DNA of 63,345 nt, filler included, from Craspedostauros australis (taxonomy: Eukaryota): the NCBI GenBank assembly GCA_030167865.1. It is 20 parts of 20 records of this genome, joined end to end, with 100 filler letters (N's around TTAATTAATTAA, not from the genome) between each part and the next. Parts side by side here need not be neighbours in the genome. Positions count along the whole stretch, not along the records: positions 23,948 to 27,166 come from JALAGF010002383.1; positions 27,267 to 28,283 come from JALAGF010002384.1; positions 28,384 to 30,045 come from JALAGF010002385.1; positions 30,146 to 31,377 come from JALAGF010002386.1; positions 31,478 to 35,180 come from JALAGF010002387.1; positions 35,281 to 37,939 come from JALAGF010002388.1; 14 more parts are not named here. One strand, 5' to 3'. The notes under the pieces were generated by a model that was not told the DNA's origin, searched no databases, and worked only from the letters and a program-made list of their open reading frames with translations. Made by a program: the position numbers and the translations under genes. This document shows, piece after piece, positions 23,848-36,415 of this stretch (the stretch's first letter is position 1; each line of letters starts with the position of its first letter).

Positions 23848-24443
23848 NNNNNNNNNNNNNNNNNNNNNNNNNNNNNNNNNNNNNNNNNNNNTTAATTAAT
23901 TAANNNNNNNNNNNNNNNNNNNNNNNNNNNNNNNNNNNNNNNNNNNNATGACGATATCATCTGACAGACTACTGCATCACCAATGGAACGTGACATCTGG
24001 AGAGCAGAAGGACGCCTACTGACGTCAACAGTATGTCAACATGTCACCACGTCGACAGCTGTCTCCAAGTCAGAGCAGGAGGCAAAGATCCGATGACCGA
24101 AGGGGATCAGCATCATGGGTGCTGAAGGTGAACTTCAAATGGTAAGTACTCATGGAGTAGAAGCCAATACTGAATGAACGGAGTGTCGAATGCGGAGCAC
24201 GCATCGAACACGGAGTGTCGTGTAGCATGAGCACACGATGTTGAGAGAGAGAGAGAATACAGAGAGGAGCGAGAGAGGATCTCGCGTACCGACTCATAGT
24301 CGGAGACTGAATCTACGAAACAGATTGAAGCGCCAAGAGCATCGGGCAAGAGAACGAACGGACACCGAGAGTATCGGAGTAGCCAACGTAATGAAATAGC
24401 AAACAGACGACTATCAACCAACATCATCTTCCACGTTCGTAGG

Positions 24444-25190
24444 TTACCGTGAGCGGAACTTGCCAACATATAACCGTCGTTTGCACAGACCCGTTTCTTG
24501 TCGCTGCCCTCTCACCGCATGTATGAGTCCTTGGCTTACTCCTCTTCTCTCCTGCATCATCGCACGTTGTTGCTGCCCGACCGCCTGGGCAGTTATCCAC
24601 ACTGCTTGCACATGCTTCACCCACCAGCTCTGAGCATCCACTGACCACCTCACCACCTCCACTCTCACTACATTTGTCATGAAAGCTTGGTCTGTGGCCA
24701 GGATACCTCCACCTCCGATCGCCCATTGCTTGTTCACCCTGGCTCATACTTCTTTTTCCTGGGCCGCCGCGCGCTTGCGTTCATTCTGGTCGTGCAGCAC
24801 ACAGTTGCGTGCTTCCCACACCTTTCATTGAACCTCCTACAGCCCTCAAACGGATATGCCCCTCCAGTTTGTCAGTTTCGTTGAGAGCTCTTCCTCCATC
24901 ACCACGGACTCCTGTATTGCCCTCCACTGCCTCGTCCAGCACCCATGTACCATCATACCCCATCCGATCACCTGTTAGGCATTGACTGCTTCTTGGATTT
25001 GTGTTGGTGCTCTTGGCTCCATGTCATCTATGTTGCTCCAACTTCTCAGCTGGCAGAACATCTCTTTGGCCATCTCTGGATCTCCTCCTGCCTGCAGCAT
25101 GTCATCTCCCCACTCTGCATTCGCTTTCTCCCTCTCTGCGACCGCTGCTGGATGGCGACACTGCATGACTTGCTCAGTTGTTATCTTATT
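24444..25190 (-). mobile_element. Decayed 3' end of a diatom-type non-LTR retrotransposon ORF
   Basis: One frame reads TTEQVMQC...EAVNA*QVIGWGMMVHGCWTRQW..IQ...NW....GL*EVQ*KVWEARNCVLH, i.e. the QxxIGW..G.W...W..RN..LH C-terminal motif I associate with diatom LINE-like (Ambal-like) elements. The stops are transition-derived. Confidence 0.7.
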
Positions 25191-25987
25191 CACATGAGTA
25201 CTAACACATTCATGTTTCTCAATGAAGCAAGCAACCTTTGCTTGAAAGATAAGCACATGGATGGCGATCTTGATTCGATAGGAACATCTCATGAGGTCGG
25301 GACCCAATGGAAGGAGGAAGCAACACAGATGCAGACACAAACCAAGACATACATCTCACCTCGAAAGGAATGAATGAGACACTGATGTCATGTGAAGCTG
25401 CCTGGAGCTGTATCATACGGCGTGGAGTATGAACAGAAAGGACTGTAGGTCCTATCGACATGCGAAGAAATACAAGTAATCGAGTAGACATAAGACACCG
25501 GACAGCCAAAGAAAACACCATGTTTATGCTGTCATAGTAGTGCTACTACTAGTTGGTACCAACAAACTATAGTTGGCATCCTCATNNNNNNNNNNNNNNN
25601 NAGCATCCTCTGGAGTATGTGCTTGATGTAGAGAACACACTGAACACCTCGCGAAAATAACACGAGACGGAAGCCAAGAAAATAACACGAAGGAAGTCCG
25701 CACAAGAAGGAGGGAGTTTTGTGGCTGTGAGTCCAACAAGTCGGGACCATTTTCTCGTCGTGTTAAATCTCCACACAAAATCAGAATTTGCGTCAGGATG
25801 CAACAATTCCAGCAAGACACGGGAATTTCGCTGAAACTCGATGCCGTTTGCGATCGACCACATCGACTAATCGCCGCAACGCTCCAAACGAACTGTGGTT
25901 GGACTCAATGGACCACTATTGAATGTTTATTTTAACGTATATAACGTCTTCTAGTTTGAATTCCGAACACCTTCCAATGACAACAAG

Positions 25988-26200
25988 TTCGATGAAAGTA
26001 CCACCAGTTCGATGAAAGTACCACCAGTTCGATGAAAGTACCACCGGTTCGATGAAAGTACCACCAGTTCGATGAAAGTACCACCAGTTCGATGAAAGTA
26101 CCACCAGTTCGATGAAAGTACCAATAGTTCGATGAAAGTACGACCAGTTCGATGAAAGTACCACCAGTTCGATGAAAGAATCACCAGTCCGACGACAGTA
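25988..26200 (+). repeat. 20-bp minisatellite array 1, TTCGATGAAAGTA-CCACCAG, 10 units + 1 degenerate
   Basis: Exact 20-nt period starting at 25988, 26008 ... 26168; degenerate unit at 26188. Confidence 0.97.
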
Positions 26201-26420
26201 TTGCGACTCCAATGACAGCGAGCACCATCCAACGTTGGTCACCACGATTCAATGAACGACTCGTGTCTCAACAAAGATGCAGTTGCAACAAGGCCAATGA
26301 CAAAAAACAAGACTCAGAAACAATCCGGCTCGCTCGACACAACAAAGCAGGTCTTTTTGATCAACGGCAACATGAGATCGATCACATCACAGAGGAAGAA
26401 CTCAGCAACCAGCCAACCGA

Positions 26421-26560
26421 TTGTTGTTGTTGTTGTTGTGTGTGTGTGTGCGTGTGCGTGTGCGTGTGCGTGTGCATGTGCGTGTGCATGTGCGTGTGCA
26501 TGTGCGTGTGCATGTGTGTGTGCATGTGCGTGCGTGTGTGTGCGAGATGTGCGAGATGTG
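26421..26560. repeat. Compound (TTG)n/(TG)n/(TGCGTG)n microsatellite
   Basis: Directly visible between the two 20-bp arrays. Confidence 0.95.
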
Positions 26561-26654
26561 AGATTTTTGTGGGTGCTCTGGTCGTCTCTGCAGACGCTGT
26601 GGAGACGGGAAATTGCTGTGTCTTCGTCTGTCATCCGACCGTCACCAACAGTAT

Positions 26655-26847
26655 TTCAATGAAAGTACGCACGTGCCAATGATGGTCGCAACCATTCGAT
26701 GAAAGTAATACCACTTCGATGAAAGTAATAGCACTTCGATGAAAGTAATAGCACTTCGATGAAAGTAATAGCACTTCGATGAAAGTAATAGCACTTCGAT
26801 GAAAGTAATACCACTTCGATGAAAGTAACAGGACTTCGATGAAAGTA
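26655..26847 (+). repeat. 20-bp minisatellite array 2, TTCGATGAAAGTA-ATAGCAC, 8 units + 2 degenerate
   Basis: Same 13-nt core as array 1 with a different 7-nt tail. Units start at 26695 ... 26835. Confidence 0.97.
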
Positions 26848-27319
26848 GCAATATCTCAAATAACGTTTGTAACGTCTATTTAACGTCCCAATACACTCAC
26901 CTGGTGTCCTCGTCCGACTCTTTGGAGTTTCGACATCGTTGCGAACGGGACCGGACTGGTGGAAGTCTTGGGTACGTGGTTTCAACGCACTTTCGGCGAA
27001 ATTCCCGTGTCTTGCAGAAAAGGGCCAAAACTTGCGTCCTGACGCAAATTGTTCCCATTATCGCGACGAAAATTCTCCATGGATATTGTCGATGCGACAA
27101 TGGAAGGGTGTCAGGAATCGGGGGTACGCTTTTACCAAGATACCCATGATTGCCGCACCTCCCAATNNNNNNNNNNNNNNNNNNNNNNNNNNNNNNNNNN
27201 NNNNNNNNNNTTAATTAATTAANNNNNNNNNNNNNNNNNNNNNNNNNNNNNNNNNNNNNNNNNNNNAAAGGATGGCTGCGAAAGGATGGAGGGCATAGCA
27301 ACACTAACCCTACCAACAG

Positions 27320-28283
27320 AAAGAAACAACTTGATAAGCAAGACAAGCAGAACTATATCATTCTCTACTTCAATTTGGGCGACATCAAAGCCAAGACGAA
27401 ATTGATCGCCCACGCTTGGGACATTCACCCTGCCACTATCAACCGCAACATCAAGAACTTCCAACAGAACAAGGCGGAACGGAAGAAGCGCAGTGATGCT
27501 GGTGGCACCATCTTCACGAGCGCCCAGAAACAAAAGGAATGCTTCACACCGCGTGCTGCCTTTGCCAAGCAGTTGAGGCTTAAGCATCCAGGACAACAGT
27601 TGACAAACACAGAAATCTCTTGTGCATTTGCCTCTGCTTCGCCTGAAGAGCTGGCATCCGCAAAAGCCCTGTCTGATTCGTGGTTGGAGCGCGGTCCTTT
27701 CCTGCGGTATGAGCTCCAGGATGCATTGCGACAATGCAATGGCGCAATCTCGTGGGAGGATGTTGCACGCAAACTAGCAGGAAATGGCAATGTCCAATGC
27801 GTTTGCAAAGACACCATCCGAAAGTATGTGATGGGATTGGAAGGCAGCAAGTACCGTTCAACAACAATGCTCCCTCTGATCAATGGCACCACGAAGGTGA
27901 AGCGCGACAGGTGGGCCAAGGACTTCTGTGTGTTCTGGGAATCAGCTAAGCTGTTCAAGAATACGCAAGTTGTCCTTGTCCACATGGACGAAAAGTGGTT
28001 CTACTCCATTGTCGCTCGGCGCAACCTCAAACATGTGCCCCAGATGGGAGTTACGTCTGTGGATCACCCTGTGCACCACAAGTGCCACATTGACAAGACC
28101 ATGGCAATTGCATCAACAGCATTTGCCCCAACAGATAACTGCTTTGGGCAAGGAGGAAAGGCGTATCGGGTCAACTTCGAACGTGTTGGGTGCATGATTC
28201 CAGCGCAGAAGAATACGTACAAGCGAACTTGGATCTCGCCAACCGAGTACAAGCTCCTTCCAGATCCCAACAAAATCTCTCGT
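27320..28283 (+). mobile_element. Tc1/mariner-superfamily (DD39D plant/oomycete-mariner-like) transposase, partial
   Basis: HTH-like IAHAWDIHPATINR..RKKRSDAG, catalytic VHMDEKWFY, K.HI.K.M and PAQKN motifs. CTAAC..CAG acceptor at ~27319. Confidence 0.8.
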
Positions 28284-28709
28284 NNNNNNNNNNNNNNNNN
28301 NNNNNNNNNNNNNNNNNNNNNNNNNNNTTAATTAATTAANNNNNNNNNNNNNNNNNNNNNNNNNNNNNNNNNNNNNNNNNNNNTGCAAACCGATTTCTCA
28401 AACGGATGATTCGCAAGATGGTGAACTCGCTGCTACTGGATGCCTCAGCCACCATCGAAGAGCCACAGGGCAACGACGAACAGCCCAACCGATGGATACG
28501 AAGGATTGAGAGGATGGATCGCTCATACAATTGTGCAGCGCCGCCCGGTGGTCTGTGTTTGTGGAGGATCTACTTTGAAGAATGAACAGGAATGGTCTTC
28601 GTGACAATCATCGACAATTGTAGGCAGGTGGTACGATGTATCTCAGGATGTATCAGCTGTGGTATCTCGCTGTTGTATTCAACAATGGAGGTGTGATTTG
28701 TTTCACAGC

Positions 28710-30045
28710 CTAGTTTAGCAACGTGACTGTTGTCATGATTGATAACGCCATCACCAGCATGACGGATACCGTGGAAGGGATCATTGGTGAGAAAGCTGAG
28801 CTGGTAGGTGCAGCGGTGGGGGCAGAAGTAGGCTGCATCGAAGGTGCCCCGCTGGGTGTGTTGCTTGGAGGATTTGACGGCGATGCAGATGGTGGAAAAG
28901 ACGGAGTGGATGAGGAAGTGGACGATGCAAGAGCTGATGGTGCAGGTGATGGCACAGCCGACGGCATCATTGAGCTTCCGTTGCATAACTCCAACGATCC
29001 CATGAAGTAATCGAAGATACCGTTGAATAGAGGAGGAGGATTGTCACCAACGATTCCACTCGAAATCCCTGTGAACATGGTGAATGGGCAGTTCTGGCAG
29101 TCGAACCAATCTGACGGGATTGGCTCAATGCTGGTCGCAATATCCCCCAATTGGTTTGTGCGAGTGTCGATGCGGATGGCGACCACGCCATCGCTTGCTG
29201 AAAAAGACAGTGGTGGATCAAACGTGATCACATCTGTGAACTCGTCGATGCCTCTCGCCTCGATGGTTCCGGATGCAATCTTCGTCCAGACACCAGGCGC
29301 ATCCCATGGACTGAGACGGTAGAAGATGGAATATGGTTGATTACCCACGGTGGATAGAGCAAGTCCCATGCCAGTGATCTCGACCGTGTCCAGCACCTCA
29401 ATATCGAATCGCTGCGATTCCACTTGGTCGATAAAGAACGGCCGAGGCAGGCCCACTGCCTCCCCGCTTCGACAAGTAGCTGTCGGCGCCACGGTCGGAG
29501 CGACAGATGCCAAGGCTGTCGGCGATGCTGTGATGGAGAGGGATTCGGTTGGCGTCGCACTGGCGAGGCCGCGACAGAATTCGAGCACCCCCGGAAAGGC
29601 GAATAGAACATCTGGAACGATGCTGGATAGATTGCCATCAACTTCCGCGCTGGCAAGTCCCACAGATACTCCGAACGGGCAATTCGGGCAGTCTGCAATG
29701 GGCGGCCCGAGGAAAGTCGGGAAGTCCGCGCGGAAGTTCACCAGCCGGTTTGCCATGTCGATGCGAAAGGAAATCAAGCCAGTATCCGCTGAAAAGGACA
29801 GAGGCGAATCAAATGGAAGAGAGGCCGTGAATCCATCAGAGTCGACTTCTCCATTGTTGCCTGAGGCGATCTGAGTCCAATTCCCGGTCTCCACCTGCCA
29901 GATGTCGGGATGAAAGAAGATCTTGTATGGCATGTTGGAAAATCCAGGAGCCAGAAACACTTTGATGGAGTTGATTTGAACGTCTTCAAAAATCGCTACA
30001 TCGAATCTGAGAGATTGAGAGGTTTGATTCAAGAGATCTCCGTCA
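28710..30045 (-). CDS. Cell-surface protein with tandem ~150-aa beta-rich domains, S/T/P stalks and GPI-anchor-like C-terminus (5' partial)
   Basis: Two repeats of RFD..I......PY.IF...W....WT.IASG...FD.PLSFSA..G...RID...DC.NCPF...F.G.LE.C. PS-APS stalk and hydrophobic tail SSAFS...VMLVMALSIMTTVTLLN*. Confidence 0.8.
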
Positions 30046-30145
30046 NNNNNNNNNNNNNNNNNNNNNNNNNNNNNNNNNNNNNNNNNNNNTTAATTAATTA
30101 ANNNNNNNNNNNNNNNNNNNNNNNNNNNNNNNNNNNNNNNNNNNN

Positions 30146-31377
30146 TCCCATCTACATGTTCCTGGATGATCTGCAGTGGTCATCCGGCGTTGGCTTGCGC
30201 CTCCTGGCCAGTCTGATGGAAGACACGGATCTCAAGAACTTCCTCCTTGTGGGTGCTGTCCGACAGGAGACGAATCCGCACACCGAAGAAGTGTTGGACC
30301 TCCCACCGAATCATGCGCTGTCGACGGCCTTCTTGAAAAACCTCGAGGCGACAGAAGACAGCGATGGTGGACCCAGCCACGGCGCTTCCCACCGGCAGCA
30401 TCGAACGCTCAGCCACGTCACCATTGCAAACCTATCGTTGGCAGACACCACCGCATGGCTAGAGAGTATGCTGTGTTGCGAAGACATCGATGTCCTCTCG
30501 AAGAAGCTGCATATCAAGACCAACGGCAACATCTTCTTCACGTTGCAGGCATTGGAAGAGCTGGAGAGGAAGAACATCCTCACATACAACCAAGCCTCAT
30601 CGCAGTGGGAGTGGAAGATCCCAAACCAAGGAGGTGGCAAAGGCAGCAGAAGCTTCCGCGCCGTGGATCTGCCCATCAGTCACAACATCGTCCACGCCAT
30701 CGAGTCCAAGATCAAGGATCTCCCAACGCTGCTCCAAAGAGCCCTATCCATCGCAGCCTACATCGGATCGGCCTTCCACCTCTCTATTCTGCGTCTCGTG
30801 CTGTAGAATGAGCAAGGCCATGTGGATGGTGTGACCAGTGCTACGATCGATGCGGACGGCATCGTCTCCAACGAACAGGCACTCTCTGAACTCATGGAAC
30901 AGGCCGTCCTCGAGCGTCTGGTCAACAACCCCATCGGCGGCACCATGTACAACTTCGCCCATGACCGCATCCAGCAGGCTGCGCATGGAATGATCCCTCG
31001 TGGCGAGGTCCGTGACAAGCTGCGGTTGCGCATCGGCCACTGCCTGCTGAAGAACTACCGGCTTGGACGGAATGACGACGATCCTTTGAAGGAGAATGAC
31101 GGTGGCGACGTGCATGCCAAGTCCAAGGCACCATGCCATAAGCGGTTGCATCAGCGCAGCATGGCAGCGCAATCGGCACAATCAGCGCAGTCAACGCACT
31201 CTACCTCGCAAACGAAACCATCCAAGTCATCATCCTCACGATTGAACGAGATCGAAGGCCTTCTCTTCGTGGCAGTTGATCATCTCAACAGTGTCCAGAC
31301 CAAGGACCACATGTTCACCGTCATGATGAACCTCGAGGTTGGCGAGAAGGCGTTGCAGATGGGAGCCTTGGAATCGG
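30146..31377 (+). CDS. STAND/AAA_16 ATPase central region (Walker B to winged helix), with in-frame TAG at 30804
   Basis: MFLDDLQW, KTNGNIFF, YNFAHDRIQQAA, AVDHLN. The first 604 bp are the exact reverse complement of 31478-32081. Confidence 0.85.
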
Positions 31378-31477
31378 NNNNNNNNNNNNNNNNNNNNNNN
31401 NNNNNNNNNNNNNNNNNNNNNTTAATTAATTAANNNNNNNNNNNNNNNNNNNNNNNNNNNNNNNNNNNNNNNNNNNN

Positions 31478-33070
31478 GGATAGGGCTCTTTGGAGCAGCG
31501 TTGGGAGATCCTTGATCTTGGACTCGATGGCGTGGACGATGTTGTGACTGATGGGCAGATCCACGGCGCGGAAGCTTCTGCTGCCTTTGCCACCTCCTTG
31601 GTTTGGGATCTTCCACTCCCACTGCGATGAGGCTTGGTTGTATGTGAGGATGTTCTTCCTCTCCAGCTCTTCCAATGCCTGCAACGTGAAGAAGATGTTG
31701 CCGTTGGTCTTGATATGCAGCTTCTTCGAGAGGACATCGATGTCTTCGCAACACAGCATACTCTCTAGCCATGCGGTGGTGTCTGCCAACGATAGGTTTG
31801 CAATGGTGACGTGGCTGAGCGTTCGATGCTGCCGGTGGGAAGCGCCGTGGCTGGGTCCACCATCGCTGTCTTCTGTCGCCTCGAGGTTTTTCAAGAAGGC
31901 CGTCGACAGCGCATGATTCGGTGGGAGGTCCAACACTTCTTCGGTGTGCGGATTCGTCTCCTGTCGGACAGCACCCACAAGGAGGAAGTTCTTGAGATCC
32001 GTGTCTTCCATCAGACTGGCCAGGAGGCGCAAGCCAACGCCGGATGACCACTGCAGATCATCCAGGAACATGTAGATGGGACGTTCCGTCGTAGATATGG
32101 CCTTGATGAACTGCATGAAGATGTACTGCAGCTGGTTCCATGAGCCGTCACCCAGCAGCTGAGCCGCTGCTGGCATGGCACTCGAAGATGGACTCTCGGT
32201 TAGGTTCTGGCTGACACTCGTACTTGTTGCAGTGCTTATAGCTCCAGCGATGAACTTCCCGTAACGGTGCTGGTTTGTGGAGCGATGAGCGATCGATCCA
32301 TCGTCCTGGATTGTTGTGTGGGGTGAGAGGATGGCAAGGGCCGGCACCACCTTGATGAGCGGAATGAATCCATCCGTGGGAAAGGCTTCCTTGACGCATT
32401 GGCGGATTCGATCGAGCTCTTCTGCCGGTCCGCGCTTGAGTTGAGACGTGAAGTCACGCATGGCCTGGATGAGGGCGGAGAAGGGATCGCTGCCGCCGGT
32501 GTACTCATCGTACTTGCCGCGCAGCACGTAGCAGCAGGTGCAGGTGTTGGCCGCTGCCTTCTTATCTTCGTTCTGTTTGTCGGTCTTCTGCTTTGGCTCT
32601 GTGTTGCAGGTGCAGCACTCTTGCAGAAAGTGATCGATCAGGGCTGATTTACCAGTTCCGCTGATACCCCATACCAGTACGGCGGGGTACACGTTGTCGT
32701 TGGCATCAGTCTCTTGCGAACTCTCTTCCTGTATGGTCGGCTTGGAGGGAGAGTTGGCAACATCGTCGGCATTGCGAGATCGCGATGATCCCATGACCTT
32801 CTTGTTGACATGATGGAGCCGCTTCAGTTCCTTTTCTCGTCCAAGAAACCACGAACCTGATCGCCATGGTGCGGTTTCCTTCGATTGATGCAGTTTCCTG
32901 GTTGGATCGGTGGAATTTCTGGGATTGTCCATGGTGGAAGGAGACAGCGGGCTGTCGTTGTTGCTATTGTTGTTGTTGTTGCTGTTCATGCCAGCCACCA
33001 TGGTTGCATCGTGCGCGAGCCCAGTGTCGTGGAGCACTTGGCTTGTTACGGGTTCGGTGATCGATGACAT
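31478..33070 (-). CDS. STAND/AAA_16 ATPase N-terminal half (same gene as 30146-31377)
   Basis: FLGREKEL, Walker A GISGTGKS, GKYD..PFSAL, Walker B FLDDLQW. Low-complexity N-terminus; start codon uncertain (33256, 33070 or later). Confidence 0.88.
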
Positions 33071-35283
33071 GGTGGTGCAGGTGGTACGGAACATACGAGG
33101 AGCTCGTGCGAGTGGAGTGTGGCTATTTTGTGTCCTCCTTTTGATGCTTCGAGTCCAGGACCAAAGAAGTGGCTGGGGCGAGAAAGCGTCATCCACTTGT
33201 TGTTGCTGGTGCCAATACCGTGTGTTCGCGCGAAGGTCGCGTCCGCACCTCTCCATGCGTGAACAGAGCCGCCTCGGTGAAGCACAAGCTCTGTTTGTGG
33301 AGATGTTGTGTTCTTTCCAACATCACAAGGAAGCGAAGGTTATCCGCGAAGTTTAAAGTCCTGCGACTAACTGAAAATATCAAGGAGTACGATCAAATAG
33401 GTTTGTACCTTAGAGAAAAAAGCCAGTCACAGTGACTATTGATGTTTCCTTGCAAATCACGACTATGTGGCCCGGTTGAGTGACGGGACCTGGAGTCCGT
33501 CCTGGAGTGGTAGCGGCACAGTCGTTAGACGAACGCCGAATGCAAAACGGTGTCGCGACAACACAAGTTGAAGAGTTTTGGTCCCTTGTTGCCACTTGTT
33601 TGCTTCCTTTTGGGAGGCACGTCGATTGCGCATTTACCACTATTCCATAGTTTGTTCCTCTGATCCGTCTTCTACGTCACCATAAACAAATCCCACTTCG
33701 TACCAAGGAAAGACGTATGTAAAACGGTTACATTGGCGTTATGGCTCCGGCCAGTTTGTCGACCAACCTTTTGTAAGACCCCGTTCAGGGTTCTCATGTA
33801 GTCCTTCGCGGATTTTTAAGATAGGCACTTAGATCATCCTATTTTGTTGTAGATAGTATATGAGCGAAGTTACAAGCTCCTGGGCCTTATAGTAAAAAAG
33901 CTTATATTTTTCGCACTAATCTACAACTAAAAACGTTGCGCATGCGGACGTGAAGGGGCAAATGGGGTTCGGAATCGCCAGTCGTGCTTCAACTTGCTGT
34001 CCAGTCGTGCCCTTGATCGACAGACTCACATTTCGCGTGGGCGAGGCAGTTGGTTGCGAACAAATGTCGAGGATTGCGCAGTGGTGGTAGGCTGTTGGAA
34101 ATCCGGGGTGGTGTGATAGTAGAAAGCTTATCGTTTGTTAGAATCTACTTCTCTGAACTGTGAGCTCTTCATTGCTCTCAATTGCAAAGTCCAATCTCCT
34201 CCTGAGATTGCCATGGGTCCCTCTGTTGGNNNAGCAGGCATCCATCTTGCATTCATCGCAAATTCATCATGGACATGCATGCACCACCGAGTACCCCATA
34301 TTCGTGCACATTAGCACGTTGCCCTCTGCTGATAGTTTCGATGCCTTAGACATCACCGAGTCGTAGGCATGACATAGATCGGCTCATTCGATCAGATCAC
34401 GATCTCACATGCGTTGCGGGAACGCCTTGGTTGGGAGCTCGTTCAGCTCCTTGATCATCAGACATCTCCGATCATCTCCGATCGACTCTGGTCGACTCCG
34501 ATCGTTTCTGATTGTTTCTTCGCCGATCACTTCACCGGCTTCCTGGATGTTCCTCATACCAGGTTCGTTCACAGGNCGTCTCACACTTCGTGATGTNGGC
34601 CTTCCTCCAGTACTCTTNTCTCATTGGTTGCGACNTGGGGGCCGTAGTCGCTCGTATCGTGATGTTGGTCACGATTCCAACATCCCCGCCCCCTGCGACA
34701 TACACGTGTGATTCGCATTCCTGTATGACCCGGTTGTGTGACGGGACCTGCAGTCGGTCCTGGAGGGGTGGCAACTTACAGGGCTTTCAGCCAAGCCACC
34801 CACATATTCATAAACTAGAACAAAATATAAGAATCATAGTGGACGCCGATTTTGCTTTAATGCCTTATTTTAATTTTTATCCACCTTTGTAGATTTACGG
34901 TCCTCTTGGTCGAATATGAACACTGCTCCGTGATGATCGCAAGGCATTGATTAGCTTTTCCGATGCAAACAACGTAATGTGCGCAGACACGTTCGGGAAA
35001 GAACTTTTGTTGACGGGTTGCGTACGGAATTTGACATTTCAGCGACGCCATTGTTCAACTTGTCCGAGCACGTTTTTGAAATAACAAACCGTTATCTGAC
35101 GTTACCATTCAAATTCAAATTTGACTCTCGTCACATGTCACCAATCTCCTCACATTTTGCCGCCAAATCGAGTTTTGCTTNNNNNNNNNNNNNNNNNNNN
35201 NNNNNNNNNNNNNNNNNNNNNNNNTTAATTAATTAANNNNNNNNNNNNNNNNNNNNNNNNNNNNNNNNNNNNNNNNNNNNTTT

Positions 35284-36415
35284 GTGATGGGTGTTTGTTT
35301 GTGTGGTGACATGATGTGGTGCGCAGAGCTTGACGGACCGAGACAAAGCGCAGCGACCCGAAACACGACCTCACACAAACCCTTTGTTGTCTGCCGCACA
35401 ACGCCACACTCTGCTGCTTTTGACTGTGACACGGCGCACTTGCGGAACAATCAATCAAAGCGCTACGACTTGAAAGACATAACCAGAATTGGATTGGACA
35501 TTGTGGGGCATAATGCGTNGTATGACCCAGTGAAACCAGCAACACAAACAAAATTTATCTCTCTGTACGGGCTTTCTCCGCGCATGTGCCTAGTTATGTG
35601 GAGCTATACTTGTGGTGTCCCGAAATGTCATCCCAAGCATTTATATTGGACCTTGTACTTCTTGCGACACTACGATTGTGTTCTTGCGCTGTCGTCAAAA
35701 ATGTCTGCAGACCCCAAAACGCTTAAGAAGTGGATTTGGCTTCTGATGGATGAAATTCAGAAGGGATACAAAGGCGTGGTAAGTGNNNNNNNNNNNNNNN
35801 NNNNNNNNNNNNNNNNNNNNNNNNNNNNNNNNNNNNNNNNNNNNNNNNNNNNNNNNNNNNNNNNNNNNNNNNNNNNNNNNNNNNNNNNNNNNNNNNNNNN
35901 NNNNNNNNNNNNNNNNNNNNNNNNNNNNNNNNNNNNNNNNNNNNNNNNNNNNNNNNNNNNNNNNNNNNGAACCTCAGCCCTTTTCGAAGAAGTGGTACAG
36001 TCACAAATACAAGGGCGCTGGTCTGCGGTACGAGGTGGCGATTTGCATTCAAACTAGTGACATCGTTTGGTGCCATGGTCCATTCCCGTGTGGTGAATGG
36101 CCTAAGCAAAAGATCTTCAACCGTTCGCTTGCGGGGAAACTTGCTCCTGGTGAAATGGTGGAAGTGGACGGAGGGTACGGCGGCCCTCTCGTACGCAAAC
36201 CAAAGGACTACGTTACTCACGCAGACAGGGATGGCAAGAAGCAAGCAAGAGCAAGACACTAAACCATCAATCGTCTCTTCAAGAAATGGAAGATCTTGTA
36301 TGAACCATTTCGCCACAACATGAAGCTTCACAAGACAGTGTTCAAGGTGGTTGCCATGATCACACAGCTGTCCATTGATGAGGGCTTCTTCCAGCCTTCC
36401 CAAGTCAGTTACTAG
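35284..36415 (+). mobile_element. PIF/Harbinger-like (DDE_Tnp_4) transposase, premature stop
   Basis: F.SLYG.SP, HLYWTLYFL..Y, KTLKKWIW, intron GTAAGT at 35779, WYSHKYKGAGLRYEVAICI, GPFPCG, EVDGGY, RARH*TINRLFK (TAA at 36260). Confidence 0.85.

Noticed and set aside
25988..26847. CRISPR-like array (constant 13-nt repeat + variable 7 nt)
   Set aside because: The 'spacers' are only 7 nt and nearly identical, there are no cas genes, and the context is eukaryotic. It is a minisatellite.
30146..32081. 604-bp perfect inverted repeat
   Set aside because: The arms lie on different contigs either side of a linker. They are overlapping contigs in opposite orientation.
34160..34790. Possible decayed minus-strand coding or TE relic with TGA stops
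   Set aside because: No recognisable motif and many ambiguous bases.
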